Shown: positions 10,256 to 21,316, counted from the first letter of the stretch. The stretch is DNA of 64,000 nt from an uncultured cyanobacterium (GCA_963706595.1 OY970166.1:864001-928000); one strand, 5' to 3'. Numbers and translations: made by a program. The notes: generated by a model from the sequence alone, not told the origin.

Positions 10256-11569
10256 ATGGCAACAGGCATAACAAAAAAAAATGGTACTAAAAGTAAAAAA
10301 CAAAATACAATATCATTCCGCCTAGAATATGAAGGAAAAATCCCTGTAGAAGAGATACTCAAGACTCAACCTGCGAGACTTCGGCGTATAATTCGCGTAG
10401 ATAAAAACCCAATAAATCAATTAATTTATGGTGAAAATTTAAGGGTTCTTAGTTCATTAATAAAGAATGAAGCTCTTGCTGGTAAAGTAGGGTTAATTTA
10501 TATTGATCCCCCTTACGCAACTGGGAGTAGTTTTGAGTCACGAAAAAGAGACCATGCTTATCATGACATAATGGAAGGTGCAGAATATTTAGAATTTATC
10601 CGCCAACGCCTTATTTTATTAAGAGAACTTTTATCTGAAGAAGGTTCAATATATGTGCATCTAGATGAAAATATGGCTTGTGCTGTAAAAATTATAATGG
10701 ATGAAATTTTTGGAACCAAAAATTTTCGCAATTGGATTACTAGAAAAAAATGTAATCCTAAAAACTATACACGTAACCAGTATGGAAACATTGCAGACTA
10801 TATTCTATTTTATACAAAAACAGAAAATTATGTATGGAATCAGCAATTTGATCCTTGGACTGAAAATACTGCAAAAAAGGAGTATCAATATGTTGAAGAA
10901 CACACAGGAAGAATTTATAAAAAAGTTCCTATTCATGCTCCAGGTGTAAGAAAAGGCGCAACAGGTCAATCTTGGAGAGGAATGCTACCACCACCTGGTA
11001 AACACTGGCAGTATACTCCTCAAACTTTAGATGAAATGGATACACGAGGAGAAATTTACTGGTCTTCTACAGGAAATCCCAGAAGAAAAGTTTATTTAGA
11101 TAATAGTCAAGGTATTTCCGTTCAAGATATCTGGCTGAATTTTAAGGATGCTCACAATCAAAATATAAAAATTACTGGTTATCCCACAGAAAAAAATTTA
11201 GATTTGATCAAAAGAATCATTCTAGCCTCATCTAACCCAGGAGACCTTGTTCTAGATGCCTTTGCTGGAAGTGGAACTACTGCCGCCGTAGCGGAAGAGC
11301 TAGGTAGAAAATGGATAGCCATTGATAACTCATCACTAGCTATAACTACAATAGTTCAACGTTTAGTTAAAGGAACCGAAGCAATGGGCGATTTCGTTAA
11401 TGGAAATAATTCTATTAAATATGAACAACAAAGCTTAATAAATACAAATCGAATTTTACAGACTGGTCTGGATTTGTATTTTGAGGAAACACCTGAGTTA
11501 GAGTTAATCTCTGATACTGCGATAAAAGATTGGAATAATCAACTTAACTTTCAAGCCAATCTTTTGTAA
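10256..11569 (+). CDS. beta-class amino (N6A/N4C) DNA methyltransferase, EcaI/BstEII-like
   Basis: IYIDPPY precedes YPTEK and DAFAGSGTT; resembles M.EcaI as recalled; AT-rich. Confidence 0.9.
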   Translation: MATGITKKNGTKSKKQNTISFRLEYEGKIPVEEILKTQPARLRRIIRVDKNPINQLIYGENLRVLSSLIKNEALAGKVGLIYIDPPYATGSSFESRKRDHAYHDIMEGAEYLEFIRQRLILLRELLSEEGSIYVHLDENMACAVKIIMDEIFGTKNFRNWITRKKCNPKNYTRNQYGNIADYILFYTKTENYVWNQQFDPWTENTAKKEYQYVEEHTGRIYKKVPIHAPGVRKGATGQSWRGMLPPPGKHWQYTPQTLDEMDTRGEIYWSSTGNPRRKVYLDNSQGISVQDIWLNFKDAHNQNIKITGYPTEKNLDLIKRIILASSNPGDLVLDAFAGSGTTAAVAEELGRKWIAIDNSSLAITTIVQRLVKGTEAMGDFVNGNNSIKYEQQSLINTNRILQTGLDLYFEETPELELISDTAIKDWNNQLNFQANLL

Positions 11570-12413
11570 ATCTCTCGTCAAGCATTTTCAGGGTACACAC
11601 CATTACTCTACCGTTACCATTGTTTTCCATGCTAGCGTAATCATTCCACATAGAACCTAGAAGTAATCCTGGTCCATCATTCAGAAAAAACACTTTTAAA
11701 GGGACTTCATAGGTATCAGCATATTTAAAAATATCTGTTATTTTATCTCGATTACCACCTGTTCGATCATCTTCTTGCGAGCCTCCTCTGTCAGAGTCAT
11801 AACGAGAAAATCCAACTACCAATGGGGTTCCATCTAATCGAGATATCAGAATATCAGCTGGAGTTTTACTTTCCCAATTATCTAAAACCTCATTAAGCAT
11901 TACATCTCTTCCACCCCGAATCGGTCCTTGAATTAGGTAATGTTCTCCAAATGTTTTACGAAAATGTGAGAAAAAAGCTTCTGTCAAGTCATAACCTTTT
12001 TGTCCTCGTGTCTTCTGTTCTAAAAGAATTGCCATCAGAGCTTCATCAGGGATTGGGCGAGCTTTTAATTTTTTCCTAACCTCATCTAAATTACGGAATC
12101 TATCACCAAAATCATCAATTATACTCAATATTTTTGTCTTCCTCTTAATCATTTCAACTGAAGTATCAGGTGATACGTACCTGCGAAATATTCTAAGAAG
12201 TTGAATTCGTAGCGGATCAGGATCTTGTGTAATAAGTTCAAGTAAGTTTGCAGAACTTTCCGCTTGATTTACCAATTCTGTAAAGCGTTCCAAAACTTTT
12301 TCATAGAGCATTTTAGCTTCATCTAAAGAATCTGGGTAGAATGCTGAGTCAAATATAGTAATCCATTTAGATGCGGTTGCTTTGTAACTACTGAATCAAT
12401 TAAACACAACCAT
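11544..12413 (-). pseudogene. type II restriction endonuclease, BstEII-like, with in-frame TGA at codon 6
   Basis: RYDSDRGGSQEDDRTGGN and NDGPGLLLGSMW motifs; ATG at 12413 with AAGGA RBS is in frame with the 255-aa ORF but TGA lies at 12398-12396. Confidence 0.7.
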
Positions 12414-12555
12414 AAATCTTCCTTGCCATAATGAATACAATTAATCCAGTATAAATTGCATTGAGTCCATCCGAGCTAAAACCTGCCTGCAATATAGTTT
12501 GAACATCCCTATCTATTTTGATTAGGTTTTCTTATTTGAATTAAGAGGAAAACAA

Positions 12556-12753
12556 ATGATGACACCAATTGAGTTGAGAAATAAAGGTTATCAGGTTTTA
12601 GTAGAAAATTTGGGTCAAGTAGATGCTATTCGCTTTTTACAACAAGATGGATGGGGAAGCGGTGACTATACACAGGAAAGAAAGGAAACTTTAGCTAAAG
12701 TAACGAGAGAAGAGTTTTGGGAAGACCTGAAGCGAATTAGAAATAAAGGGTGA
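12556..12753 (+). CDS. small hypothetical protein, antitoxin-like
   Basis: GAGG RBS; LGQVDAIRFLQQ..GSGDYTQER pattern. Confidence 0.6.
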   Translation: MMTPIELRNKGYQVLVENLGQVDAIRFLQQDGWGSGDYTQERKETLAKVTREEFWEDLKRIRNKG

Positions 12754-13067
12754 GTTAAGAGGGTTATTCAATAGGGATTGGTTTTTTTGCTAGATGAAAC
12801 AAATGATGGTGCGTTGCGCTACGCGACAACACACCCTACAAATAAGGATTTTGAGTAAATTTAATCATTTGTGTGTACACCGTAGCTTAAACCACAGGAG
12901 AAGCAAACGGCGCGATCGCTCATCGCCAAGACTAGCTGTAAGATATATGATCACAGGAAAAATAGACTGCTGAATACAGCCAAAATTGAATAGATGTGTA
13001 AATCAGGTGATTTTGACCTTGGTTCTGTAGTATTTTTGGTGCAAGCCTGTCTTAAAGAGATCATCTG

Positions 13068-13799
13068 ATGAAACAGATCCTTAACGAAATACTTAGCATT
13101 AAAAAATACCTACTTCGGCTAATTGTACCCTTACTGATGGTAGTTCTGGGTGCTTCAGTGTTTGTCTCACCTGCATTAGCTACAGGTGTATATCAAATCC
13201 CCAACCTCACCGAAAGCAATTGGGTTTTAGATCAAAGTGACATTATTAGTCGCGTCAACGAAGGTAAAATCAACAGTACCTTTGAGGATTTAGCCAAAAA
13301 AACAGGTAACGAAGTCAGATTTGTGACGATTCGTCGCCTCGATTATGGTGAAACCCCAGCAAGTTTTACTCAAGAACTGTTTGAAAAATGGTTTCCGACA
13401 CCAGCAGCACAAGCTAATCAAACATTGGTGGTACTGGACACTGTGACTAACGGTACTGCTATTGTGACTGGTGAATCAGTTAAGCCCTTGTTGACTGACT
13501 CTATCGCCGAAAGTGTGGTTTCAGAAACTCTGGGTATACCAATAAGGGACGGTAATAAATACAACCAAGCGTTTGTGGATGCAAGCGATCGCTTGGTCGC
13601 CGTCCTCTCTGGGGAACCCGATCCAGGTCCACCGATAGTTATTGACACTGTACAGGTAGAAGGTACATTTACCAAAGCCGAAGATACGGATCAAGGTAAC
13701 GCTACTGCTTGGGTAGTAGGACTTTTAATCGCCGCTACCGTGATCCCGATGGCTACTTACTTTGTTTACCAGATCAACCAACGATCATCTGAGGGTTAA
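13068..13799 (+). CDS. psb32: photosystem II repair protein Psb32 (TPM domain)
   Basis: signal peptide, RRLDYGET, GNKYNQAF, GEPDPGPP, C-terminal TM helix. Confidence 0.85.
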   Translation: MKQILNEILSIKKYLLRLIVPLLMVVLGASVFVSPALATGVYQIPNLTESNWVLDQSDIISRVNEGKINSTFEDLAKKTGNEVRFVTIRRLDYGETPASFTQELFEKWFPTPAAQANQTLVVLDTVTNGTAIVTGESVKPLLTDSIAESVVSETLGIPIRDGNKYNQAFVDASDRLVAVLSGEPDPGPPIVIDTVQVEGTFTKAEDTDQGNATAWVVGLLIAATVIPMATYFVYQINQRSSEG

Positions 13800-13852
13800 C
13801 TGTAACAGTTATCAGTTATCAGTGAACAGTTATCAACTAATTGTTCACTGAT

Positions 13853-14242
13853 TCAATCTTGAATATACTCTTGCCCTGACACTAAAGCCACCTCAGCCCG
13901 GACAAATTCGCGCCCTAAATAAGCCGCATGGTCTAACTGAGTGACTGGACAGGGCTGAGTTTCTTCAAAAATCTTGATTCCCAGTTCCTTAGCCGTCCTT
14001 CCACTAAAAACCGTTGTGTGAGTTCGTTCCACTTTCCCCCTAGCCGGAATTACCTTACCGGTTTCGGGATCGACGGCTAAACCTTGTTCATCAATGATAT
14101 TAGTGAAATGCTTGGCGTAAATTAACCCCGCGCTTCGATCTAAATAGATAATAAAATATCCGCCGGGGTCAAGCTCAATATAACGTTGCGAAAGTTTATT
14201 ATCAATTGCTGCCAAATCTTCAAGTATTAAATCCATAAACAT
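13853..14242 (-). CDS. DUF4346-family protein
   Basis: LDPGGYFIIY..LDHAAYLGREF..YIQD. Confidence 0.85.
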   Translation of the reverse strand: MFMDLILEDLAAIDNKLSQRYIELDPGGYFIIYLDRSAGLIYAKHFTNIIDEQGLAVDPETGKVIPARGKVERTHTTVFSGRTAKELGIKIFEETQPCPVTQLDHAAYLGREFVRAEVALVSGQEYIQD

Positions 14243-14318
14243 TCAAAAAAGCAAACTTGTTTCAACTGGTTTTTTACACCCATATATAAGTGTAATTCCT
14301 ATCTTCCATTGATCTGAT

Positions 14319-15014
14319 TCAAATTGGCAACCGATTAATATCTTTGTTATGGCCAATAACTACCATTGCTGAACCCCGTTCTAGACGTTTAGTGGGTTCG
14401 GGATTGATTTTAAATTTGCCATCCTGACTCACGGCTAGTAAATTCAAGCCATAGCGGTTACGCAGTTGCAGTTCGGAGATTGTTCGACCGTGGAATTCAT
14501 CCGGGACAATCATCTCGACAATACTGTTCTCTGGGTCGAGATCAAATCGGTCTAAAATAGATGGTTGAGTAAGCGATCGCGCTAAGGCACAACCTGCTTC
14601 ATATTCCGGAAAAACTACATGATCTGCACCCACTCGTTTCAACAGCTTACGGTGAACTTCACTAGAAGCTTTAGCCACTACATGAGGTACACCACCCTCT
14701 TTGACATTTAAAGTAGTAATGATACTTTCTTGAATGTAGTTCCCAATGGCAATGATTACCGTATCAAATTCAAATATTCCTGCTTCTTTAAGTGCGGCTG
14801 GTTCAGTTGAGTCTAGCTGTAAAGCATGACCAACCATTTCTTCATGTAATGCATCTGATACTAGCTTTTCATCTACATCTGTTGCTAGTACTTGATAACC
14901 CAATTTGTGTAACGTTGAACATACTGATCTACCAAAACGACCTAACCCAATTACCGCAAATTGGTGGTTATCTCGACGCAAACTGCGAAAAAAGCCTATT
15001 GATGACAGATTCAC
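14319..15014 (-). CDS. ktrA: TrkA/KtrA potassium uptake NAD-binding subunit
   Basis: VIGLGRFG Rossmann motif, GADHVVFPE; GTG start chosen. Confidence 0.9.
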   Translation of the reverse strand: MNLSSIGFFRSLRRDNHQFAVIGLGRFGRSVCSTLHKLGYQVLATDVDEKLVSDALHEEMVGHALQLDSTEPAALKEAGIFEFDTVIIAIGNYIQESIITTLNVKEGGVPHVVAKASSEVHRKLLKRVGADHVVFPEYEAGCALARSLTQPSILDRFDLDPENSIVEMIVPDEFHGRTISELQLRNRYGLNLLAVSQDGKFKINPEPTKRLERGSAMVVIGHNKDINRLPI

Positions 15015-15162
15015 ATTTGTTATCCTTATTTTCACTGCCTAATTTTAGCGTAAAAATGATTACACTAAAATTTGGTAAAAGTGTTAGTTTTTTGCCTACT
15101 CATTCATATTTTATCAGTTGATGTTACTGGGATCGAAGGATTAATTAGCCATTAATTAACAC

Positions 15163-16497
15163 CTATCCCACAAGTAAACTTTCTTCAGGATAGTGTACCC
15201 GACTGGGGCGGGGGTCTCCTAGTACAGCAGCCATTAGCAGTAAAACCCCGACTCTTCCCACATACATTGTGACTATTAAAATTAGCTTGGCTGGTACTGA
15301 CACGCTACTCGTGATTCCGGTGGAAAGCCCTACAGTCGCAAAGGCTGAGACCACTTCAAACAGCAGTTGAATAAAATTTAATTCTGGATCTGTGAGAGAA
15401 ATTAAAATTGTAGACAACAGTACCATAGCCACAGAACCAACTAAAACCGCAACAGCTTTTAAAATTAAAGATATGGCGATTTTGCGTTCATATAATAAAA
15501 CGTCTTCTTTGCCTTGAAGAATTGATTTGGTACAGCTGGTGAGAACTCTCAAGGTTGTAGTTTTTATCCCTCCTCCTGTGCCACTGGGACTAGCCCCAAT
15601 AAACATGAAAGCAATGGTAATAAATAACCCAGCCGTTGTCATTTTACCGACATCAATGCTATTAAAACCAGCCGTTCTGGTTGTAACCGATTGAAACCAA
15701 GCTGCTAGTAACTGAGTAGGTAAATTCAGTAAGCCGAATGTCTCTTGGTTTTTTGTCTCTATGAAAAAAAATGCGATTGTGCCGACGAAGAGAAGGATTA
15801 AAGTTGTGCTAGATGCGACTTTAAAATCTAAAGAAAATACGAAATTAGTGGTTTTTTTGAGCAGGCGATCGCGCACCCAAAGATACACTTCTAATATTAC
15901 CTGATAACCAATACCACCAAAAATGATCAACATGGTAATCGTGAAAACTACTAACCCAGATGACTGATATCCCACTAAACTATCTGAGAACAAACTAAAC
16001 CCAGCATTATTCCAAGCCGAAATACTATGAAAAGTCGCAAACCAAAGTCCTTGACTCCAGCCAAAATCGGGAATAAATGCCGGGAGAAGTAACAAAATGC
16101 CTGTTATTTCAAAGATAATAGTTGTGGCAATAATTGAGCGAATAATTTGAGAACTACCACTCATTCCCGGTCGGTCTAAAGTTTGCTGAATGGCGATTTT
16201 TTGCCGCAGGTTAAATTTCCGCCCCACGAGCATAATCAAAAAGGTGGTGGTTGTCATGTACCCCAAGCCGCCAATTTGAGCTAACAGCAAAATACACAAC
16301 TGACCCCAAAAAGAAAAATCAGTCCCAGTATCAGCGACAGCTAACCCCGTCACACAAACGGCGGAGGTGGCTGTAAATAGCGCCACAATGGGGTCATTCC
16401 AAGTCCCACTGCTAGTAGAGAAAGGCATCATCAGCAGGATAGTCCCCACGGTGATCACAGCTAAAAATCCCAAGCAAACTGTGCGAGAAACGGTCAT
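15163..16497 (-). CDS. ktrB: TrkH/KtrB potassium uptake membrane subunit
   Basis: TSAVCVTGL, SAWNNAGF, RTAGF, SAFATVGLS pore motifs. Confidence 0.93.
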   Translation of the reverse strand: MTVSRTVCLGFLAVITVGTILLMMPFSTSSGTWNDPIVALFTATSAVCVTGLAVADTGTDFSFWGQLCILLLAQIGGLGYMTTTTFLIMLVGRKFNLRQKIAIQQTLDRPGMSGSSQIIRSIIATTIIFEITGILLLLPAFIPDFGWSQGLWFATFHSISAWNNAGFSLFSDSLVGYQSSGLVVFTITMLIIFGGIGYQVILEVYLWVRDRLLKKTTNFVFSLDFKVASSTTLILLFVGTIAFFFIETKNQETFGLLNLPTQLLAAWFQSVTTRTAGFNSIDVGKMTTAGLFITIAFMFIGASPSGTGGGIKTTTLRVLTSCTKSILQGKEDVLLYERKIAISLILKAVAVLVGSVAMVLLSTILISLTDPELNFIQLLFEVVSAFATVGLSTGITSSVSVPAKLILIVTMYVGRVGVLLLMAAVLGDPRPSRVHYPEESLLVG

Positions 16498-16742
16498 AAC
16501 AAGATAAATACTTACAAGTTATTCCAGGTACGATACATCAGTTATCAGTTATCAGTTATCAGTCAAGAAACATAATTGGGTTGAAATCCCACACCTGATG
16601 CCTTGATCACTGTTCACTGTTCACTGTTCACTGATTTAACACCCCTAAAAGCAAAAACACTCTTCTATTCAATTAAAAACACACATGGTAGCCTACCAGT
16701 ATGTTTATTTAAATTCGGCATTGTTTTAACACTGCTTTCTTC

Positions 16743-17585
16743 ATGAGTGAAACACTATACCAGCAAATACAGCAATTTTATGACGCTTCCTCTGGTCTGT
16801 GGGAACAGATTTGGGGTGAACACATGCACCACGGCTATTACGGCGCAGATGGTAGCCAAAAAAAAGAGCGGCGACTGGCTCAAATTGATTTAATCGAAGA
16901 ATTACTCAAATGGGCTGAGGTAGAAACAGCAGAAAACATTCTGGATGTGGGTTGTGGTATCGGCGGTAGTTCTCTTTATTTAGCAGGTAAATTTAAGGCT
17001 GAAGCCACAGGAATTACTTTAAGTCCAGTACAAGCCGCTAGAGCCAACGAACGCGCCCAATATGCCGGTTTGAGTGGTAGATGTCGGTTTCAAGTTGCAG
17101 ATGCTCAAGCAATGCCTTTTGCTGACGATTCTTTTGATTTGGTGTGGTCACTGGAAAGTGGTGAACACATGCCAGATAAAACGAAGTTTTTGCAAGAGTG
17201 CTATCGAGTTTTAAAGCCTGGTGGAAAGCTGATTGTGGTGACTTGGTGTCATCGTCCCACGGATAATTCACCATTGACGGCTGATGAACAAAAGCATTTG
17301 CAAGAGATTTATCGGGTATATTGTCTACCCTACGTGATTTCGTTACCTGAATATGAGGCGATCGCTCGTCAACTTCCTTTAAATAATCTTCGCACGGCTG
17401 ATTGGTCAACTGCTGTGGCTCCTTTTTGGGATTTTGTGATTGATTCGGCTTTTACTCCCCAGGCGCTTTTCGGGTTACTCACTTCTGGTTGGGAAACTAT
17501 TCAAGGTGCATTGTCTCTGGGATTAATGAGTGACGGTTATAAACGTGGGTTGATTCGGTTTGCTTTGTTGTCGGGGACTAAATAG
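16743..17585 (+). CDS. gamma-tocopherol methyltransferase
   Basis: WGEHMHHGYY, LDVGCGIGG, SLESGEHMPDK; adjacent to homogentisate phytyltransferase. Confidence 0.88.
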   Translation: MSETLYQQIQQFYDASSGLWEQIWGEHMHHGYYGADGSQKKERRLAQIDLIEELLKWAEVETAENILDVGCGIGGSSLYLAGKFKAEATGITLSPVQAARANERAQYAGLSGRCRFQVADAQAMPFADDSFDLVWSLESGEHMPDKTKFLQECYRVLKPGGKLIVVTWCHRPTDNSPLTADEQKHLQEIYRVYCLPYVISLPEYEAIARQLPLNNLRTADWSTAVAPFWDFVIDSAFTPQALFGLLTSGWETIQGALSLGLMSDGYKRGLIRFALLSGTK

Positions 17586-17741
17586 AGGAACGGGGGCAGG
17601 GGGCAGGGTGCAGGGGAGAAGAGGAACGGAACGATTGTTGAGTCACCGGAAGTTTAAAGTAATTTCTCACTCCCCCTTGCTCCCTGCACCCTGCTCCCCT
17701 GCCTCTTCTCCCCATTCCCTATTCCTTCATCTACAATTTTT

Positions 17742-18680
17742 ATGAATCAAATTTCTGGTCAATCTTCTAATTTTCAAAGTAATTGGCTTTATGCTTTTTG
17801 GAAGTTTTCCCGCCCACACACGATTATTGGTACGAGTTTGAGTGTGTGGAGTTTGTATTTAATTGCTGTTGCTATCTCCGCGACTGGTTTCTCTAATGAG
17901 CAACTAATTCCTGTTCTGGGTGCTTTGACTGCCTGTTTATGTGGCAATGTTTATATTGTGGGTTTGAATCAATTAGAGGATGTTGCGATTGATAAGATTA
18001 ATAAACCTCACTTACCTCTAGCATCAGGGGAATTTTCGCAGAAGCAAGGGCAGTTAATTGTCATAATTATGGGCGTTTTGGCGCTGGTTGTGGCTTGGCT
18101 AACTGGTCCTTTTTTGTTAGGCTTGGTGGCTTCGAGTTTGGCTATTGGTACTGCTTATTCTTTACCACCGATTCGTTTGAAGCAATTTCCCTTTTGGGCG
18201 GCACTTTGTATCTTTTCAGTGCGGGGAACTATTGTAAATTTGGGGCTATTTTTACATTTTAATTGGGCATTAGGACAAACTCCCGCAATTCCCCCGGCGG
18301 TTTGGGTACTGACAATATTTGTTTTAGTGTTTACCTTTGCGATCGCTATCTTTAAAGATATCCCCGATATGGAAGGCGATCGCCTTTACAATATCACGAC
18401 TTTCACGCTCCAACTCGGACCACAAGCAGTATTTAATTTGGCGCTGTGGGTGCTAACTGTTTGCTATTTGGGAATCATGTTAGTGGGTGTGCTGAACTTT
18501 CCAGACATTAATCCAGCATTTTTAGTCATTACTCATCTAATTGTGTTGGCTGGAATGTGGATGCGAAGTTTAGGCGTAGACTTAGAAGATAAAAGTGCGA
18601 TCGCTGATTTCTACCAATTTATCTGGAAACTTTTTTACCTCGAATATATTATGTTCCCTATCGCCTGTCTTTTAGCCTAA
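17742..18680 (+). CDS. hpt: homogentisate phytyltransferase
   Basis: FSRPHTIIGT, NQLEDVAIDKINKP, KDIPDMEGD UbiA-family motifs. Confidence 0.92.
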   Translation: MNQISGQSSNFQSNWLYAFWKFSRPHTIIGTSLSVWSLYLIAVAISATGFSNEQLIPVLGALTACLCGNVYIVGLNQLEDVAIDKINKPHLPLASGEFSQKQGQLIVIIMGVLALVVAWLTGPFLLGLVASSLAIGTAYSLPPIRLKQFPFWAALCIFSVRGTIVNLGLFLHFNWALGQTPAIPPAVWVLTIFVLVFTFAIAIFKDIPDMEGDRLYNITTFTLQLGPQAVFNLALWVLTVCYLGIMLVGVLNFPDINPAFLVITHLIVLAGMWMRSLGVDLEDKSAIADFYQFIWKLFYLEYIMFPIACLLA

Positions 18681-18684
18681 ATCT

Positions 18685-19161
18685 ATGTTAGAAACTTTTA
18701 AAACCACAGATATTTTTGCCATAATTCCAGTGGCGATCGCTTTGACAATTCTCGGTTATTTCTCGTGGAAAACTTTGGTAACTTTAAACTCTTTCCAAAA
18801 AGGAGTAAAACTTTATGAACAAAAAGATTACCCTGCGGCTGAAGTAGCTTTTCGCAAAGTAATTTCCAACAACTCGACTAATGACGTAGTTCGCTTATTA
18901 TTGGGAGACATTTTAAAAGAAAAAGGTAATGTCAAAGAAGCAACAGAATTATACCAAGAAGTAATTCGCAGCAGTCCCAAAAATCCTGATGCTTATCTGC
19001 GGATAGCAAATATATTCATGGAGGAAAATCAACCAGAAAAAGCCAAAGAAAATCTAGAACAAGCCAAATCCTTATTACAAAAACAGCGACAACCTGAAAG
19101 GGCGCAAAAAGTCAGTCATCTGTTAGCTAAAATTACCGCTAAAACTGGCAATCAAGCCTAG
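18685..19161 (+). CDS. TPR-repeat membrane-anchored protein
   Basis: N-terminal TM helix and TPR-like helices. Confidence 0.8.
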   Translation: MLETFKTTDIFAIIPVAIALTILGYFSWKTLVTLNSFQKGVKLYEQKDYPAAEVAFRKVISNNSTNDVVRLLLGDILKEKGNVKEATELYQEVIRSSPKNPDAYLRIANIFMEENQPEKAKENLEQAKSLLQKQRQPERAQKVSHLLAKITAKTGNQA

Positions 19162-19185
19162 ATAGAAAAAACTCCCCCTCCGGCT

Positions 19186-19208
19186 CCCTCTCCTTACTAA
19201 GGAGAGGG
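19186..19208. repeat. REP-like palindrome CCCTCTCCTTA(C/G)TAAGGAGAGGG
   Basis: also at 862, 1047, 1232, 29829 and 63886, with a variant at 42062. Confidence 0.85.
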
Positions 19209-19308
19209 TTGGGGTAAGGTTTCATGTATTACAAAAATGTGTAATAATAAGCCGATCGCACTCCGAGCAGTGCCAAAGAAAATCGCATACACTAGTTAGC
19301 TATCAATT

Positions 19309-20340
19309 GTGCAAGATACCGAATCCATCAACGACCTAGCTGCGGCTTTGCAACAACCAGCCGACCTCAGCTTTGAACTTCCAGATCCAGAAGATGAAGA
19401 GATTTTAGAGTCAGATTTTCAAGAACAACTGGATGTAGCATGGCAGGTATGCGATCGCTTTGACCTGCAAACTGAAATCTGGCGGGGGCGAATATTACGG
19501 GCTATCCGTGACCGCGAAAAAAGAGGTGGTGACGGCAGAGGTACGGGATTTCTGCGATGGCTCAAAGAACACGAAATTAGTAAAAGTCAAGCTTACGCCT
19601 GGATTCAACTAGCTAATAGCGCTGATACTCTCCTCGAAGAAGGCAAACTTGACCCAACTTCAGTGAATAACTTTAGCAAACGGGCATTTATTGAAACCTC
19701 CAAAGCCGTCCCAGAAGTCCAACAGATGGTGAGTGAAGCCGCCCAAAAAGGCGACCAGATTACCAGAAGAGAAGTGCGCCAACTCACAGACGAATGGACG
19801 GCTATGTCCTCAGAGTTATTACCAGAATCAGTCAAGGTAAAAGCAGCCGACAACTCCCTTCCCTCGCGCTACATTGCCCCTCTGGTGAAGGAAATGGAAA
19901 AACTGCCAGAATCACACCAGAAGATCATTCACACCGAAATAGCAGCTAATCCTGACGTTGATACTCTCAAACAAGCAACTTCAGAGGCGCGTCATTTAGC
20001 TAAATATCTCAAATCAGCCGCCCAAGTCCAAGCACTGACACAGGCGGATATTGACATTGAAACAGCGTTAGAAGAAGCGCAAAGGATTGGCTGTTTGAGT
20101 ATAGCCGCCGATTTAGTCAATCAAGCCTCACAGATAGAACAAACCATTGCCAAGTTGTACATGACTTGGAAACGCATCGGTAATTTAGCAGATCGATTAT
20201 ATGTCGATACTGGTGCAAGTACACCCAACCTGCGATCGCTCCTGACTTGCATCGAACCCCTCGGTGGTGAAATCATGGAATTACAACTGAGTGGCGGTAC
20301 TGAACACACAATCCGCCTACAAATTCAGGAAACGAATTAG
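19309..20340 (+). CDS. conserved cyanobacterial hypothetical protein
   Basis: 343-aa ORF with normal composition; GTG start. Confidence 0.8.
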   Translation: MQDTESINDLAAALQQPADLSFELPDPEDEEILESDFQEQLDVAWQVCDRFDLQTEIWRGRILRAIRDREKRGGDGRGTGFLRWLKEHEISKSQAYAWIQLANSADTLLEEGKLDPTSVNNFSKRAFIETSKAVPEVQQMVSEAAQKGDQITRREVRQLTDEWTAMSSELLPESVKVKAADNSLPSRYIAPLVKEMEKLPESHQKIIHTEIAANPDVDTLKQATSEARHLAKYLKSAAQVQALTQADIDIETALEEAQRIGCLSIAADLVNQASQIEQTIAKLYMTWKRIGNLADRLYVDTGASTPNLRSLLTCIEPLGGEIMELQLSGGTEHTIRLQIQETN

Positions 20341-20490
20341 TCATTAGTCATTGGTCATTAGTCATTGGTCATTGGGGGGTCTTAATTTTCCCCCCTGCAC
20401 CCTGCCTCTTTCCCCCACTCCCCACTCCCCACTCCCCACTCCCCACTCCCCACTCCCCACTCCCCACTCCCCACTCCCTATTCCCTATTC
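20337..20490. repeat. STRR heptamer arrays (TTGGTCA, CCCCACT)
   Basis: tandem heptamers between convergent genes. Confidence 0.9.
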
Positions 20491-21316
20491 AATTCTTAAT
20501 CCCTGTGGCGGCTATACCGCGTATAAACTGACGTTGACCGATAAGGAATAGCACCATCACCGGCACAGTCGCTATGGTGACAGCAGCCATCATCAGCGGC
20601 CAATTATTCGTGAATTGTTCTTGAAATTCTGCTAAAGCCAATTGCACAGTTCTTAATTCCGGTCGTGTCGTAAATACCAAAGGCTTAAACAAATCGTTCC
20701 ATTCAGCAATAAAGGTAAACAGGAATAGCGTCACCAGGGCGGGACGTGCTAAAGGTAACATGACTCGCCACAGAATTTGCAGCCGGTTCGCCCCATCGAT
20801 AGTTGCTGCTTCTTCCAACTCTACGGGAATTGTCTGGAAATACTGACGTAACAAGAAAATCCCAAAGCCATTGACAGCAGTTGGTAAAATCAGCGCCCCG
20901 TAAGTGTTTATCAGGTGTCCCCACTTTAAAACTAGGAAGATGGGAATCACCAATAATTGAAAGGGAATGACCAAAGTAGCCAAGACAATTAATAACAGCG
21001 CTTGTTTACCGCGAAACTTCAATCTGGCTAGGGCGTAACCAGCTAATGCAGATGTTACCATTTGAAAACCCGTCACAGCGATCGCGACTAAGGTAGAATT
21101 AGCAAACGCGAGTAAAAATTTACCTCGCTCCCAAGCATCACGGTAATTAGCTAAAGACCACTTAGTTTTAGGTGAAACTTCTAAAATAGCCCCTGGAGGT
21201 GCAAAAGAGGTGATAAAGACCACGAGCAACGGTAATAAGACAATAAATGCCCCCAATACCAGCACTCCTAATCTCAAGAAATTGGTAGATTTTAGATTCC
21301 AGTTGGTTTTGGACAT
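20489..21316 (-). CDS. carbohydrate ABC transporter permease
   Basis: EAA motif ELEEAATIDGAN; multiple TM helices. Confidence 0.93.
   Translation of the reverse strand: MSKTNWNLKSTNFLRLGVLVLGAFIVLLPLLVVFITSFAPPGAILEVSPKTKWSLANYRDAWERGKFLLAFANSTLVAIAVTGFQMVTSALAGYALARLKFRGKQALLLIVLATLVIPFQLLVIPIFLVLKWGHLINTYGALILPTAVNGFGIFLLRQYFQTIPVELEEAATIDGANRLQILWRVMLPLARPALVTLFLFTFIAEWNDLFKPLVFTTRPELRTVQLALAEFQEQFTNNWPLMMAAVTIATVPVMVLFLIGQRQFIRGIAATGIKN

Noticed and set aside
20351..20551. ORF with PTPHSPL repeats
   Set aside because: Translation of heptamer STRRs
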